Of a stretch of DNA of 64,000 bases, positions 26,612-35,882 are shown piece by piece. Under the pieces are notes generated by a model that searched no databases, was not told where the DNA came from, and saw only the letters and a list, made by a program, of their open reading frames with translations. The stretch comes from a virus (lineage: Duplodnaviria; Heunggongvirae; Uroviricota; Caudoviricetes): positions 252,067 through 316,066 of the IMG/VR virus record IMGVR_UViG_3300022719_000283. One strand, written 5' to 3'. Position numbers and translations under genes: made by a program. Numbering within the stretch: position 1 is the first letter of the stretch; each line of letters opens with the position of its first letter.

Positions 26612-28535
26612 TGGTTGACTTCTCCTCGGTCAGCTCAATGACCCGGCGGTGCAAGATGGAAGCAAACGTCGTACTCGGCATGGAGCCGAATACGTCGTCA
26701 TTTTGTCGTGGAGAATTGCCTCGACTCATCTGCTGCGCTGGCGGGTAGATGTAGACCCCAACGTCATTGACGAAAGGTTCTTGGGGCATACTACCGGACT
26801 CCTCGACGGTCTTTTCGGCTTCTGGAGCTTTTTCATGCGACTCAGCGGAAGGCGCCTTGATGGGTTCGGGGGTCTTTTCAGGCTCTGCTGGGGGCTCGCT
26901 TGGTGAAACTTCGGGCTCTGGAGTTGGGGCTGGAGGACCTCCAGACGGCACTGGAGCGGCCACAGGAGGGGCTACAGCCACTTCTTGGGCTGCTGCGACT
27001 ACAACAATTCCCGAGCGTTTTTGGTGAAGGGCAGCAACGTCACAAGCCAGCATGGCCTTCGAAGGGTGCGCAGGTCGCTCCGAAAATCGCTGGGCAAATT
27101 CCACGAGGAATTCCTTGTGGAGGTCTCCCGCGCGCTGGAGGCGATCCCGGTCCCAGTAGGAGGGCACGACCGCAGATCCGACGTGAGCGAGCCGATAGGC
27201 CAACATCGAGAGCTCGGAGAGCCGTTGGTATGCCGTAGCCGGTGACACCCGATCGGTCAGGGCCTCCACCGTCGTGAGGGCCCGAGACAGATCGTTACCA
27301 ATGCTCTCAAGTAGATCGAGATACAAGGCATTCGCATCGAGGTGAAGGTACCGCTCCACATTCTCGCGGTTGATGCTGCCAAGCATCGAAACGCCTTCAA
27401 CCGCTTTGATGCTGTCACGGATATGGCACTCACAAACCTCAGCAATGAGAGGTAGCACTTCGGGCTCGTAATCGAGGCCCTCACTTCGACAGATGAAATC
27501 GAGACGTTGTGCGATCTCCTCTGGCATGTTGAGGCGGATCTTGAAGGCAGGTGCGCATCTCGACATGATGGCACCTCGCATCTTGTTCGGCTCCGTCGTG
27601 CAGAAGATGCAGACGAGCTGACGCTCTTCAGTGCCTCGGATGTTGTCCTCGAGTGGTTTCAGCATCGCGTCCATGGCGGACTTGCTGAGCTCGTGGCAGT
27701 TGTGAGCGAGCACGGCGTGCTCGTGGGTGCCATGAAGTGAGTACGCAAAAAACGAGTGGGTGTCTGCGACGGTGACATCGTAGACCTTCTTCTTCCCCAC
27801 CGGGGTGCGTCGAACAAGAAAAGCAGTTTCCCGTACCCGAACAGGATGGTGGTCCCTACCCCAGGTAGCCCCGACAACCTGATCTTCAATGTTGAGGGCC
27901 GACGCGCCAATCCATCCCCGGTTCCTCGTGAAGACCTCCTGGTCTGTGGTCACTGTAAGCGCGACCCCGTTGTCGAATTCCAGTGTCACGCAGTCACGCT
28001 CATCCGCGATGGCGTACCAGTTCGTGACGGGTTTCCAAGTGTTGCCCTGATTCCCCCGCTCACCAATTGTTGCTACGAGCCCGTCGTAGCGCTGCTCTAC
28101 AAGGTCCTTGATACTTCGAGGACCTTCGGGCGTGACCAACATCGTGTCTTCGGTAAAACACTCGTCGAAAAGATAGATCTTGCGGCGACCCGAGAACGAT
28201 CCGAACTGAGCCTCTTCCGTGATGCGTCGAACATGCTCCTTCCCAGAGTTCGTGGCCGCGTCGACCTCGACAAAATTCTCCGACGCATCCGCAAGGATGG
28301 CCTTGCAGGAGTCACACTCGTCGCACGGCTCACCCTCTTGGGGAGAGGCGCAGAGCATGGCTCTCGCCAAGATACGTGCCGTGGTGGTTTTGCCTCCACC
28401 ATGAGCACCCGCAAACACGTAGCTCTGCTGAAATCCTTTACCTTCTCGAACGATCTGCTTGCAGACCTCGATAGTGGCTCCTTGGCCGAGCACCTCGCTA
28501 TATCGAAGCGGGCGGTATTTGGTGTCGAAACTCAC
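26571..28535 (-). CDS. dnaX: DNA polymerase III gamma/tau (clamp loader) with mini-intein
   Basis: KYRPLRYSEVLGQ; GAHGGGKTTTARILA; zinc CDECDSC; EVDAATNSG; Walker B LFDE|CHELS; SRC motif; Pro-rich tail. Confidence 0.95.
   Translation of the reverse strand: MSFDTKYRPLRYSEVLGQGATIEVCKQIVREGKGFQQSYVFAGAHGGGKTTTARILARAMLCASPQEGEPCDECDSCKAILADASENFVEVDAATNSGKEHVRRITEEAQFGSFSGRRKIYLFDECFTEDTMLVTPEGPRSIKDLVEQRYDGLVATIGERGNQGNTWKPVTNWYAIADERDCVTLEFDNGVALTVTTDQEVFTRNRGWIGASALNIEDQVVGATWGRDHHPVRVRETAFLVRRTPVGKKKVYDVTVADTHSFFAYSLHGTHEHAVLAHNCHELSKSAMDAMLKPLEDNIRGTEERQLVCIFCTTEPNKMRGAIMSRCAPAFKIRLNMPEEIAQRLDFICRSEGLDYEPEVLPLIAEVCECHIRDSIKAVEGVSMLGSINRENVERYLHLDANALYLDLLESIGNDLSRALTTVEALTDRVSPATAYQRLSELSMLAYRLAHVGSAVVPSYWDRDRLQRAGDLHKEFLVEFAQRFSERPAHPSKAMLACDVAALHQKRSGIVVVAAAQEVAVAPPVAAPVPSGGPPAPTPEPEVSPSEPPAEPEKTPEPIKAPSAESHEKAPEAEKTVEESGSMPQEPFVNDVGVYIYPPAQQMSRGNSPRQNDDVFGSMPSTTFASILHRRVIELTEEKSTSGRPARRDDVGSS
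27699..28160 (-). mobile_element. Mini-intein (154 aa, no endonuclease) in the DnaX Walker B motif
   Basis: CFTEDTMLVTPEG ... VYDVTVADTHSFF...VLAHN, followed by +1 Cys. Confidence 0.93.
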
Positions 28536-29066
28536 CTACTTGCTCAGGAGGTCATCGATGTCATCGGGAGTCCTAGCTGACACGCGCTTTTGGACCTTGG
28601 TCTTCCTCTCTTTTGCCTTCTCCCCGAACATCTGTTCGATGATGGATAACGTGTCGTCGTCCATGGGACGCCACATCCCCCACCGCTCGACCTCTTCCTT
28701 GTAGCCCACGAAGTCAGGAGGACGCAGCGAATACTTGCGTCCTCCCTGCCCGTCATCCTCCACCTTCATCGCGCACAGGTGGTGGTCCAGAAGAGCCAAT
28801 TGCTGACGGTCGTCGAGCTCGTTCTGCCACACGTCGGCACCAAGTTCGACGATGAACCGGTAACCAAATTTCTTGTCAGTCAGCACCTCGAGCAAAGGCG
28901 TCGCCTTGGACGTGTTACCCATGAGGACCTTCCCAGACTTTTCGACGGCTTTTTCTCGGAAGACCACAACAATCTCGTCTTCCACAAGCGCCAAGTGCGG
29001 GTGGTATTTCGCGATGAGGCTCTTAACCTTCTTCATCACATCGGGGCCGGCTTTCCATCGTTCCAT
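28536..29066 (-). CDS. Putative phage metallopeptidase-like protein
   Basis: KYHPHL...FIVELGADVW...QQLALLDHHLC...PDFVGYKEEVERWG; the usual HEL is replaced by HHL. Confidence 0.6.
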   Translation of the reverse strand: MERWKAGPDVMKKVKSLIAKYHPHLALVEDEIVVVFREKAVEKSGKVLMGNTSKATPLLEVLTDKKFGYRFIVELGADVWQNELDDRQQLALLDHHLCAMKVEDDGQGGRKYSLRPPDFVGYKEEVERWGMWRPMDDDTLSIIEQMFGEKAKERKTKVQKRVSARTPDDIDDLLSK

Positions 29067-29078
29067 GTAGTTTTCTCC

Positions 29079-29804
29079 TTAGAGAGTGGGAAACTCTTTG
29101 AGCAACTGTTCTACCCCGCCGCGGTCCCATATGCCGCCAGGGTCGTCGTTGGCTCCACCGTATTTGAGGTGGCTACATTCCACCTTCCTTATGTCCAAGA
29201 TCTTGAGCACATCCTGGGTGCCCTTCTTCCCCGTCGGATCGTTGTCGTAGGCCACGTAGACGTGTGCGGCTTTAGGCCGATGGTTCACATCGACCGCGCC
29301 GCAGAAGCGACCCAGGAACTCCGATTGCTTCCAGGACAAGTGGGCCGGCCCCGAACCAAGAACCGCCTTGTCGATCCCCTTCGTTTCGACAAGCTGGCGC
29401 ATGGCGAATACGTCAAAACGTCCCTCCACCAAGACGACATCGCACCCGCGCCAAATCTTCTCCATCTCCGAAGGCATGCCAATCCACACCGGATTCCACC
29501 GGCTCTCACGAAACAGATACCGGAGGTCATCCTTGCGATCAATGTGGCGGCTGTCGAACCCAAGGAACCGTCCCTTCGGACTAAGGAGGGGGTAGATGAC
29601 CTTGCCTTCGAATCGCTCGAAGTTCTGGCCGTAATGCTCGTGCAGCCTACTGTCGGGGCAAGGACTCAAAGGAGGGTCCCAAACCTTGATGCCCCACTCT
29701 TCGATGAGCCGATCAGTCGCACCGCGCCCGAGCAGGTAGTCTCGAGCTTCCGAGGGGAGCGGGCAGTTGGCCAGATTGGCCAGGATCCATTCACTCACCT
29801 CCAT
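29079..29804 (-). CDS. DnaG-like primase catalytic/TOPRIM domain, lacking the N-terminal zinc-binding domain
   Basis: ARDYLLGRG, GKVIYPL...GFDSR, VVLVEGRFDVFA and VAYDNDPTG. Confidence 0.85.
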   Translation of the reverse strand: MEVSEWILANLANCPLPSEARDYLLGRGATDRLIEEWGIKVWDPPLSPCPDSRLHEHYGQNFERFEGKVIYPLLSPKGRFLGFDSRHIDRKDDLRYLFRESRWNPVWIGMPSEMEKIWRGCDVVLVEGRFDVFAMRQLVETKGIDKAVLGSGPAHLSWKQSEFLGRFCGAVDVNHRPKAAHVYVAYDNDPTGKKGTQDVLKILDIRKVECSHLKYGGANDDPGGIWDRGGVEQLLKEFPTL

Positions 29805-30328
29805 GCCACAGCCATCCCCCGGCTCACGTTGTGAATGAGAGCCGCAACGCTATTGGGACCCAAAACCCACAGTGTACCCAAATAGCTGCGGTCCACGGGA
29901 ACCACAACCAAGCAGTTCGTCGGTATCCATTTGGCAGCGGTCTGTTGGACCTCTTCCGGGATCCTTACCTCGTCCAGGTCAGTTTCGGCCGAACACAAAA
30001 TCTCGAGAGGGTCGTCGAGATAGGTGGCCACATGCTCCAAACATGCTTGGACGCCTTCCGTAGTGAGAGGATGAACGTTCCCCCACTTCATCTCGGTGCC
30101 CATGTCGATGACAGCCGCGACCAGCTCCGCTTCAATGCCAGGTCGCTCACGTACCCCCGCACGCACGGTGTTCTTCTGGGAGGCTCTGGGGACCCAGGTA
30201 ACCGACCGCATGCTCGAGATGAGATAGGGTGCGAGCTCAGGATTTACCTGAATGTCCTCCAGCGTAAGGGTCTGGGATTTCGATCCCTTGGGGTTGAGGG
30301 TCACAATGTCGAGCAGATTAGGGTTCAC
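29795..30328 (-). CDS. Hypothetical protein
   Basis: 177-aa ORF overlapping its neighbours in the operon. Confidence 0.6.
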   Translation of the reverse strand: MNPNLLDIVTLNPKGSKSQTLTLEDIQVNPELAPYLISSMRSVTWVPRASQKNTVRAGVRERPGIEAELVAAVIDMGTEMKWGNVHPLTTEGVQACLEHVATYLDDPLEILCSAETDLDEVRIPEEVQQTAAKWIPTNCLVVVPVDRSYLGTLWVLGPNSVAALIHNVSRGMAVAWR

Positions 30329-30842
30329 GGTGTCCCTCCACGAGTGGCCGCTCCGGCACCTCTTCTAGGTCCTCTCCATCACCAAAGAACGCCAAGATGT
30401 TGGCCTCATTTTTTTCTTCTTCGGGCTCTTTGACGTTGGCCGGTTTGCGGGGACCCAACACCCACAGTAGGGCAGCCACATCCGGATACTCTTGGGCAAT
30501 GTAGCCGATTTCCACCGGCGCCTCGCCGTTGAGGCCCATCTTCTGGTTGAACTCGTCCTTCAAGTCGTCGGCGCTGCGCCCTGCCTCAAAATAAGGACAC
30601 TCCGCTGCCTGGCGTTCTCCACCCATGGTCGAATCGCAGACCACGTTGTTCGGGCTCTTCCCTTGCGGGCAGTACCCGCAAACCCGCAAAGTCGCACGGT
30701 TGGCCATGTGAACCGGGAGCCGGACCTTCTGGTTGTATCGACAATTCTCAGGATGGCGCGCAAGGCCATGTCGAATGTATGCCTTGCGGTGACGGAAGAC
30801 CACTTGCTTGATCTTCTGCTTGATCTGGCCTTCGCTCTTCAC
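30318..30842 (-). CDS. Hypothetical Cys-rich protein
   Basis: 174 aa; CRYN, CGYC, VVCD and CPYF. Confidence 0.6.
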   Translation of the reverse strand: MKSEGQIKQKIKQVVFRHRKAYIRHGLARHPENCRYNQKVRLPVHMANRATLRVCGYCPQGKSPNNVVCDSTMGGERQAAECPYFEAGRSADDLKDEFNQKMGLNGEAPVEIGYIAQEYPDVAALLWVLGPRKPANVKEPEEEKNEANILAFFGDGEDLEEVPERPLVEGHREP

Positions 30843-31495
30843 CTTTTCGGCCCTCGGGTCAGTTTGCGGAACTTGGCCTTACCCCCCTCATCGGAAACAA
30901 CGTAGGCATTCTTGGCCGCGTTGATCAGGGCTTCGTCATGGCTGATGAGCAGGATGTCCAGGTCCAAGCGCTCGCAGAGTTTTGAGAGGAATCGAGCTGC
31001 GCGATCAAGGTACTTGTTGGCCACGGCCGCAAGCGTCTCGTCCAGAAGCAACACCGGCCGCATGTCACGACGGAAAATGACCGTCGCGCGCATGAGGATG
31101 CTCTGCATGGTGAGTACACTACCGCCAAAGGACTGGTCGGCAATACCCTCCACCACGGTACCATCTTTGAGCTTACGCTGGGTGTAGAGCGTGACCGACA
31201 CCTTCCCTCGTGATTCTTCGACCTCGGCGCGTACAGACAGCTCCTGGTCGTAAAAGATCTCGGCAAGACCTTCGGACTGGAGCTTTTCGACGGCTTTCAC
31301 GCCATCCGTAACCTCACCATCGATGAGACGACGGATCAGGTTAGCCACGAGCTCAAGGAGGTGCTCCTCGTTTTCGAGCTCCTTGATCTTGGCATCGTTC
31401 TCAGCGATCTGCTGATCCAACGCATCTCTCAACCCCAGCGCCTTGTGGAGCGTAGCTCTGACGTTGGTCAGTTCTGGAGGATCGGGAAGTAGCAT
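30839..31495 (-). CDS. SbcC/Rad50-like ATPase, C-terminal half
   Basis: Short coiled coil, then signature-like SFGGSV, Walker B LLLDET and H-loop ILLISH; no Walker A. Confidence 0.8.
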   Translation of the reverse strand: MLLPDPPELTNVRATLHKALGLRDALDQQIAENDAKIKELENEEHLLELVANLIRRLIDGEVTDGVKAVEKLQSEGLAEIFYDQELSVRAEVEESRGKVSVTLYTQRKLKDGTVVEGIADQSFGGSVLTMQSILMRATVIFRRDMRPVLLLDETLAAVANKYLDRAARFLSKLCERLDLDILLISHDEALINAAKNAYVVSDEGGKAKFRKLTRGPKR

Positions 31496-31541
31496 CGGCT
31501 ACGAGCTCAATGGAGCTCTTGGGCTGGGATGAAGAGCGAAC

Positions 31542-32741
31542 TCAGACCAACCATACAAGGAGGGTGAGGTACATGTCTCCATCTCGATTTTCACGAAAAC
31601 GTATCCATCCTTTGGCTTTGCCGTCGCCATCATCTGCCTGTGGGTGGATCCCAAAGCGCACGACATCTCCCTTCCACTGCCCAAGCAGCTTGAGAAGGTA
31701 GGTGTTGGAGACTCCAAAACCCATCTTAGGGAGGGGGTTGGCTCCTTCTTGAGATCCCCATCCCGGTGCCGCCTCTTCATTCTCGCCATCACCATCCGGC
31801 ACCGCTTGGCTCTGGGTTTCGAGGGACATGGACACTCGCTCACCCGAGGTACTGGTCATCGACAGGCCCACGAGCCCTTTCTTGGACTCCGTGAAGGTGA
31901 CGCGCGTGTCTTCCTTCGAGGCCGAAGCCGCAAGAGCATTGATCGACGAGATGACTTCCTCTTTGCGAAGGTCCCAGTAGTGCGGGTCCTCGCCTTCACG
32001 ATCAATGTTGATATCCGGAAACGGGTGAGGAGGACGCCCTACGGAGAGCACCCCTCCGTCGTGGCGCACGAGGAAGAGGCACTTGTCGTGCTCCTTGATC
32101 TCGATGTCCTCATCACCGGACAGGTTCAAGAAGGCCATGACCTGCCCGAGATCCTTGCCGTGGATGCGGATGCTGCTGTCGAGCTCCTTGAGACACACCA
32201 AGGCCAGAGCGCCTTTGTCGGTCGCCTGGAAAGCGGCCTTCTTCATCTCCGTGACAGCCAGCTTCGGTTGCGTAGTGTCCTTGTCGGAGATGAACAGGCG
32301 CATGTGAGCCAGCGCCTGTTGAAGTCTTTTCGCCGCGACCGTTGTGCTCTTCTTCGCCTCGGAAAAGGTCTTGTCCCAATAGTTGAACTGCTCGGGATCG
32401 AGCGATTGGAACTTGACCGACCCTTTGGGGCTTGTTGCCTTGACGAGCCCTTCGTTGAACTCGAGGACGAGCACGGAATCCTCAACCGCCGCAATCCATT
32501 TGTTGAGGCGCCAAGCTTCAACCGTGAAGGCATTGTGGTCCTCAGAAAGAGAGACCTGGACACCTTGAATGGGCATCGAGCAGCCGATGCGGTTGTTGTT
32601 GGACAGGATCTCGACGCCGTTATCTTCTTCGCGATGGCGAAACACGTAGTGGGCGGTCAGGTCGTCCCTTGAGGGTGCCGACCCGATAGACACCACTTGG
32701 AGAGCTGCTTCGAGATCAGGCTTGGCTACTTCGATCTTCAT
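31542..32741 (-). CDS. dnaN: DNA polymerase III beta sliding clamp-like protein
   Basis: 399 aa; MKIEVAKPDLEAALQVV start, three-domain clamp pattern, GFGVSNTYLLKLL...YLTLLV end. Confidence 0.75.
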   Translation of the reverse strand: MKIEVAKPDLEAALQVVSIGSAPSRDDLTAHYVFRHREEDNGVEILSNNNRIGCSMPIQGVQVSLSEDHNAFTVEAWRLNKWIAAVEDSVLVLEFNEGLVKATSPKGSVKFQSLDPEQFNYWDKTFSEAKKSTTVAAKRLQQALAHMRLFISDKDTTQPKLAVTEMKKAAFQATDKGALALVCLKELDSSIRIHGKDLGQVMAFLNLSGDEDIEIKEHDKCLFLVRHDGGVLSVGRPPHPFPDINIDREGEDPHYWDLRKEEVISSINALAASASKEDTRVTFTESKKGLVGLSMTSTSGERVSMSLETQSQAVPDGDGENEEAAPGWGSQEGANPLPKMGFGVSNTYLLKLLGQWKGDVVRFGIHPQADDGDGKAKGWIRFRENRDGDMYLTLLVWLV

Positions 32742-33031
32742 TGGTTGGTTCCCGTCACGAACGGCTGTACCTTGCGTTCGGCTTCTTCGATGTCTTTGGT
32801 GAGTTCCTCAACCAGGTCCCGATACTTGCCCTCGAGCTGCTGGATGATGTCGTCAATCTTCTCGGGGTCGATCTTCTTGCTCCGACACTCTTCTTCGACT
32901 GCCGCAAGGTTGGCTTCCGCCTGCTCTTTACGCCCCCGGAGGCGCTCCAAAGTCTCCGTCACCTTTTTTCGGCGACGGATCACGTCTTCAAGTTGTTGGT
33001 CCAGGTTGCTCACAGGAGTACCCTTCCCCAT
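32738..33031 (-). CDS. Small coiled-coil protein
   Basis: The in-frame ATG 33031 gives a 97-aa helical protein; the longer track ORF overlaps the nuclease gene. Confidence 0.6.
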   Translation of the reverse strand: MGKGTPVSNLDQQLEDVIRRRKKVTETLERLRGRKEQAEANLAAVEEECRSKKIDPEKIDDIIQQLEGKYRDLVEELTKDIEEAERKVQPFVTGTNQ

Positions 33032-33056
33032 GTCTGGTAGCGCATGCTCACCTGTT

Positions 33057-34004
33057 CTACTCCTTTGAATTTCCACCAAAGCCGAACTCGACAATTCCCG
33101 TAGCCCCTTCAAGCTCCACGATCGGCAAACTGGGAGTTTTACGTTTGCGCTTGGCGGCGTTTTCTTCGCGGTTCTGGATGCGGGCTTCGCAAACGGTCTC
33201 GAAGTCGCAGAACCGACAAATCTTCGCCTTGGGCTTGGGATCGAACTTTTCCTTCTCCTGAGCACGACGAACCGTAATGGCGCGATCCGCAAGCTCTTTG
33301 AGATCCCGGCGCGTGAAGTCCACCCAGTCGATCCCCTCTTCGCCCGTCTCGGGATCGTAGGGATAGCGAAACCAAACAAACCCCAGTCGGGTGGGAAGAC
33401 GGTGGTAGGCGAGCGAAAAACACAGGGCGTACCACCGAAGCTGATCGGGGTCCACGTACTTCATCTTCGTGCCAGAGTTCTTCCCATCCAGCAACGTGAT
33501 GCCCGTGTCCTCCCGGCGGATTACGAAGTCCGCGCGCCCGCCCACGGGCAACCAGTTGGTCACGTTCCCAACTAGCTTGATCTCGCTCTTGGCATAGGCC
33601 CCGAGCAGCTTGTGCTGACGCATGGTAGGAAGGTAGCCCAGGACACCGTTGATGCAGGTCTCCTCCATCTCCTCGAAGGTGATCTGATCCCAGTCGATGT
33701 AGAATCGAGGAAGAGTGGAAGCCAGCTTATCCTTGGTCTTGCGGACCAAATGGCGTTTGAGCTCAGCTCCTCGGAGCTCGGGAAGCGCCCACCACTCTAG
33801 GTTGTAGAAATCCTCCAGAACCGCCTGGATCACGATGCCCATAACAGGGTGGTGCTTCGAATCATCAAGCGGTCTAGGCTTTCCTTTTCCGGGCCCACGA
33901 CCAAGATCGATGTCCCCCCAGCCATACCCCCACAGGTATTTCTGCGGGCACTCTTCGTACGCCTTGAGGTGCGACCAATAGAGGGTTCGAACACGATTCC
34001 CCAT
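33057..34004 (-). CDS. PD-(D/E)XK (RecB/Cas4-like) nuclease
   Basis: SHLKAYEECP, GRADFV...LLDGKNS, QLRWYAL and CRFCDFETVC. Confidence 0.9.
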   Translation of the reverse strand: MGNRVRTLYWSHLKAYEECPQKYLWGYGWGDIDLGRGPGKGKPRPLDDSKHHPVMGIVIQAVLEDFYNLEWWALPELRGAELKRHLVRKTKDKLASTLPRFYIDWDQITFEEMEETCINGVLGYLPTMRQHKLLGAYAKSEIKLVGNVTNWLPVGGRADFVIRREDTGITLLDGKNSGTKMKYVDPDQLRWYALCFSLAYHRLPTRLGFVWFRYPYDPETGEEGIDWVDFTRRDLKELADRAITVRRAQEKEKFDPKPKAKICRFCDFETVCEARIQNREENAAKRKRKTPSLPIVELEGATGIVEFGFGGNSKE

Positions 34005-34015
34005 ATTCTCACACT

Positions 34016-35005
34016 CTACCTCTCGTGAGCTCCTTCGATGTATTCGAGGGCGCGTTCCCGAATTTCGTCCGGGATGTCTTGAAGAGACTCCACGATCTCA
34101 GAAAAGGGCTTGTCACTAGAGGACTGGAGCTCCTCCTTCACAGATTCCACGAACGCATCCACCGTCATGGCGCGTGCTTCTTCCTTGGCGCGCTTGTCCA
34201 GGTCAAACACCTCTTTCGCGGGGGCGACATCGAGTTTCACGAATTCGAGATTCGGGGGCATCCCCTTTGCAGAAGGCCAAAATCCCATGACCACGACCCC
34301 CGGCTCGCGCTCGATGTTGTCCTCCGTCAGAGATCCCCGCGTCAGGGACCCCACGTTGACCACCCATTTGTCGCCTTTGACTTTGGTGATTCCCTGGTTC
34401 TTATGCCAGTGCCCGAAGCAGTACAGATCAATCCCAGGGTTGAGGTCCGCCAGGTCATCGTACTTGAGGATGTCCTCATTCTTGAACATCTCGCCTCCTT
34501 GCGGAGAAGCCAGGACATGTGCGTTGCAAAGAAGCCAGTCCTCGTCCCCACGTTCGATATCCTTGAACCGGGCTAGGTCGTATCGCGGCCCATGATAAGG
34601 CACCCCAACGATCCGGACCTTGACACCCTCCTTCTCGATAACGCACTCATGTTTCTCATAGAGTCGCCGAAACACTCCTGTGGAGAACAAGGTCTCCAAC
34701 GGGTTTTCGGGGAGGTTGTCGAATCTCGAGAGTCGAAGGTCGTGATTCCCAACGTTCGCCCAGGTAGGGCACGGATACTTGCGGTGGATCCGAGCAAGTC
34801 GGCTCACTAGACGATGGCTCGTCCTCACCGGGAGCTTGTCGTCGAAAAAATCACCACCATCGATCACGGCATCAACGTTGTATTTGGCCGCGATCTCACC
34901 GACCTGGGTCAGCTTACGCGCTACCGTCTCAACCCAGTCATCCGTTCGAGAGGACGGGGTGTGGTCCCGGCAGTGGACGTCCGTGCGCCAGAGAAGACGA
35001 ATCAT
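34016..35005 (-). CDS. sbcD: SbcD/Mre11-like metallophosphoesterase nuclease
   Basis: TDVH, GGDFFD, VGNHD, AHV and FGHWH motifs. Confidence 0.9.
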   Translation of the reverse strand: MIRLLWRTDVHCRDHTPSSRTDDWVETVARKLTQVGEIAAKYNVDAVIDGGDFFDDKLPVRTSHRLVSRLARIHRKYPCPTWANVGNHDLRLSRFDNLPENPLETLFSTGVFRRLYEKHECVIEKEGVKVRIVGVPYHGPRYDLARFKDIERGDEDWLLCNAHVLASPQGGEMFKNEDILKYDDLADLNPGIDLYCFGHWHKNQGITKVKGDKWVVNVGSLTRGSLTEDNIEREPGVVVMGFWPSAKGMPPNLEFVKLDVAPAKEVFDLDKRAKEEARAMTVDAFVESVKEELQSSSDKPFSEIVESLQDIPDEIRERALEYIEGAHER

Positions 35006-35022
35006 CTCCTCACTTGTACCCG

Positions 35023-35580
35023 TCAGCGGTGCCTCTTCTTGGAATTACTTTTGAGGAAACCCGAAAACTCATCGCCGTAGTACCAGGTGAGCTCCTCGTT
35101 CTCCTTGATCTGCCGAGCCGCCCAGAAGTGGAAATCCTCGTCCATCTCGATATTCGGGGTGTCTGAATGATTCAGAAACCGAAATTCGTTCGTCCCAATG
35201 CGCCACCCCCCTTCCCAGCCGAGCATCTCGCCCTGATCGTAGTAGATGACGAAAGGCTCATTGTGGTGCGTAACGGGGCCGTTATCGATCCCCTCATAGG
35301 TTCCCACGTAGGCGCCCTTCGAAATCCTTTCCCCGGAAAAGACCCCACGACCGTGAATCGGGGAGTTGGAGACGTAGACTTCAGCCCGCGTATCCTCCAT
35401 GTCTCTTTGAAGTTCCGCCACGGCTTGCCACACACAACGGGAACAAATCCAAGGTCCGCGAACCGGGTGTTTCCAGAACAGAGGAACCCCGGTGTCCTCG
35501 TTATCCTCGCAGAAAGAACACACACGCCGCTCGGGTACGGGCTTCATTAGCCTTGTTCCCTTGGTTCCCTTTTTGGCCAT
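35023..35580 (-). CDS. ClpX-type C4 zinc finger fused to a SET-domain methyltransferase
   Basis: VCSFC...WICSRCV; then SPIHGRGVFS, RFLNHSDTPN and EELTWYYG, the canonical SET motifs. Confidence 0.85.
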   Translation of the reverse strand: MAKKGTKGTRLMKPVPERRVCSFCEDNEDTGVPLFWKHPVRGPWICSRCVWQAVAELQRDMEDTRAEVYVSNSPIHGRGVFSGERISKGAYVGTYEGIDNGPVTHHNEPFVIYYDQGEMLGWEGGWRIGTNEFRFLNHSDTPNIEMDEDFHFWAARQIKENEELTWYYGDEFSGFLKSNSKKRHR

Positions 35581-35619
35581 CCTCGAAACTCTACCTGAAC
35601 GGTAGAGTTTCGAGGATGG
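35577..35619. promoter_or_regulatory. Perfect 19-bp inverted repeat forming a symmetric divergent promoter/start site
   Basis: CCATCCTCGAAACTCTACC-tgaac-GGTAGAGTTTCGAGGATGG; each arm reads GGTAGAGT-7 nt-ATG. Confidence 0.85.
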
Positions 35620-35882
35620 GGAAACGGAAGAAAAGGCGACGTTCGTTACAGAAACGAGACGCCAACCTTGTCGCCCAATACGAATGCCTGGGCTGTGGCC
35701 ACAAATGGGGGGAGGACCTGAAAAAGCTTGCACAAATGCGTGCCTCTGGCGCAGTCCACCCCCACCATTCCGGTACCGGGTGCTCCTGCGGGCACCCCTA
35801 TATCCGATGGGCGAACTATGACGAACTCGCTCCCCATCTTCACGATCAATCCAGGATAGAGAAGAGCAGCTCGTCGATCTGA
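35616..35882 (+). CDS. Small zinc-ribbon protein
   Basis: MGKRKKRRRS...YECLGCGHKW...CSCGHPYIRWANY; starts at the ATG inside the inverted repeat. Confidence 0.65.
   Translation: MGKRKKRRRSLQKRDANLVAQYECLGCGHKWGEDLKKLAQMRASGAVHPHHSGTGCSCGHPYIRWANYDELAPHLHDQSRIEKSSSSI

Noticed and set aside
33032-33379. N-terminal extension of the 213-aa track ORF
   Set aside because: It overlaps the PD-(D/E)XK gene in another frame and is Arg/Ser-rich noise; an internal ATG gives a clean coiled-coil protein.
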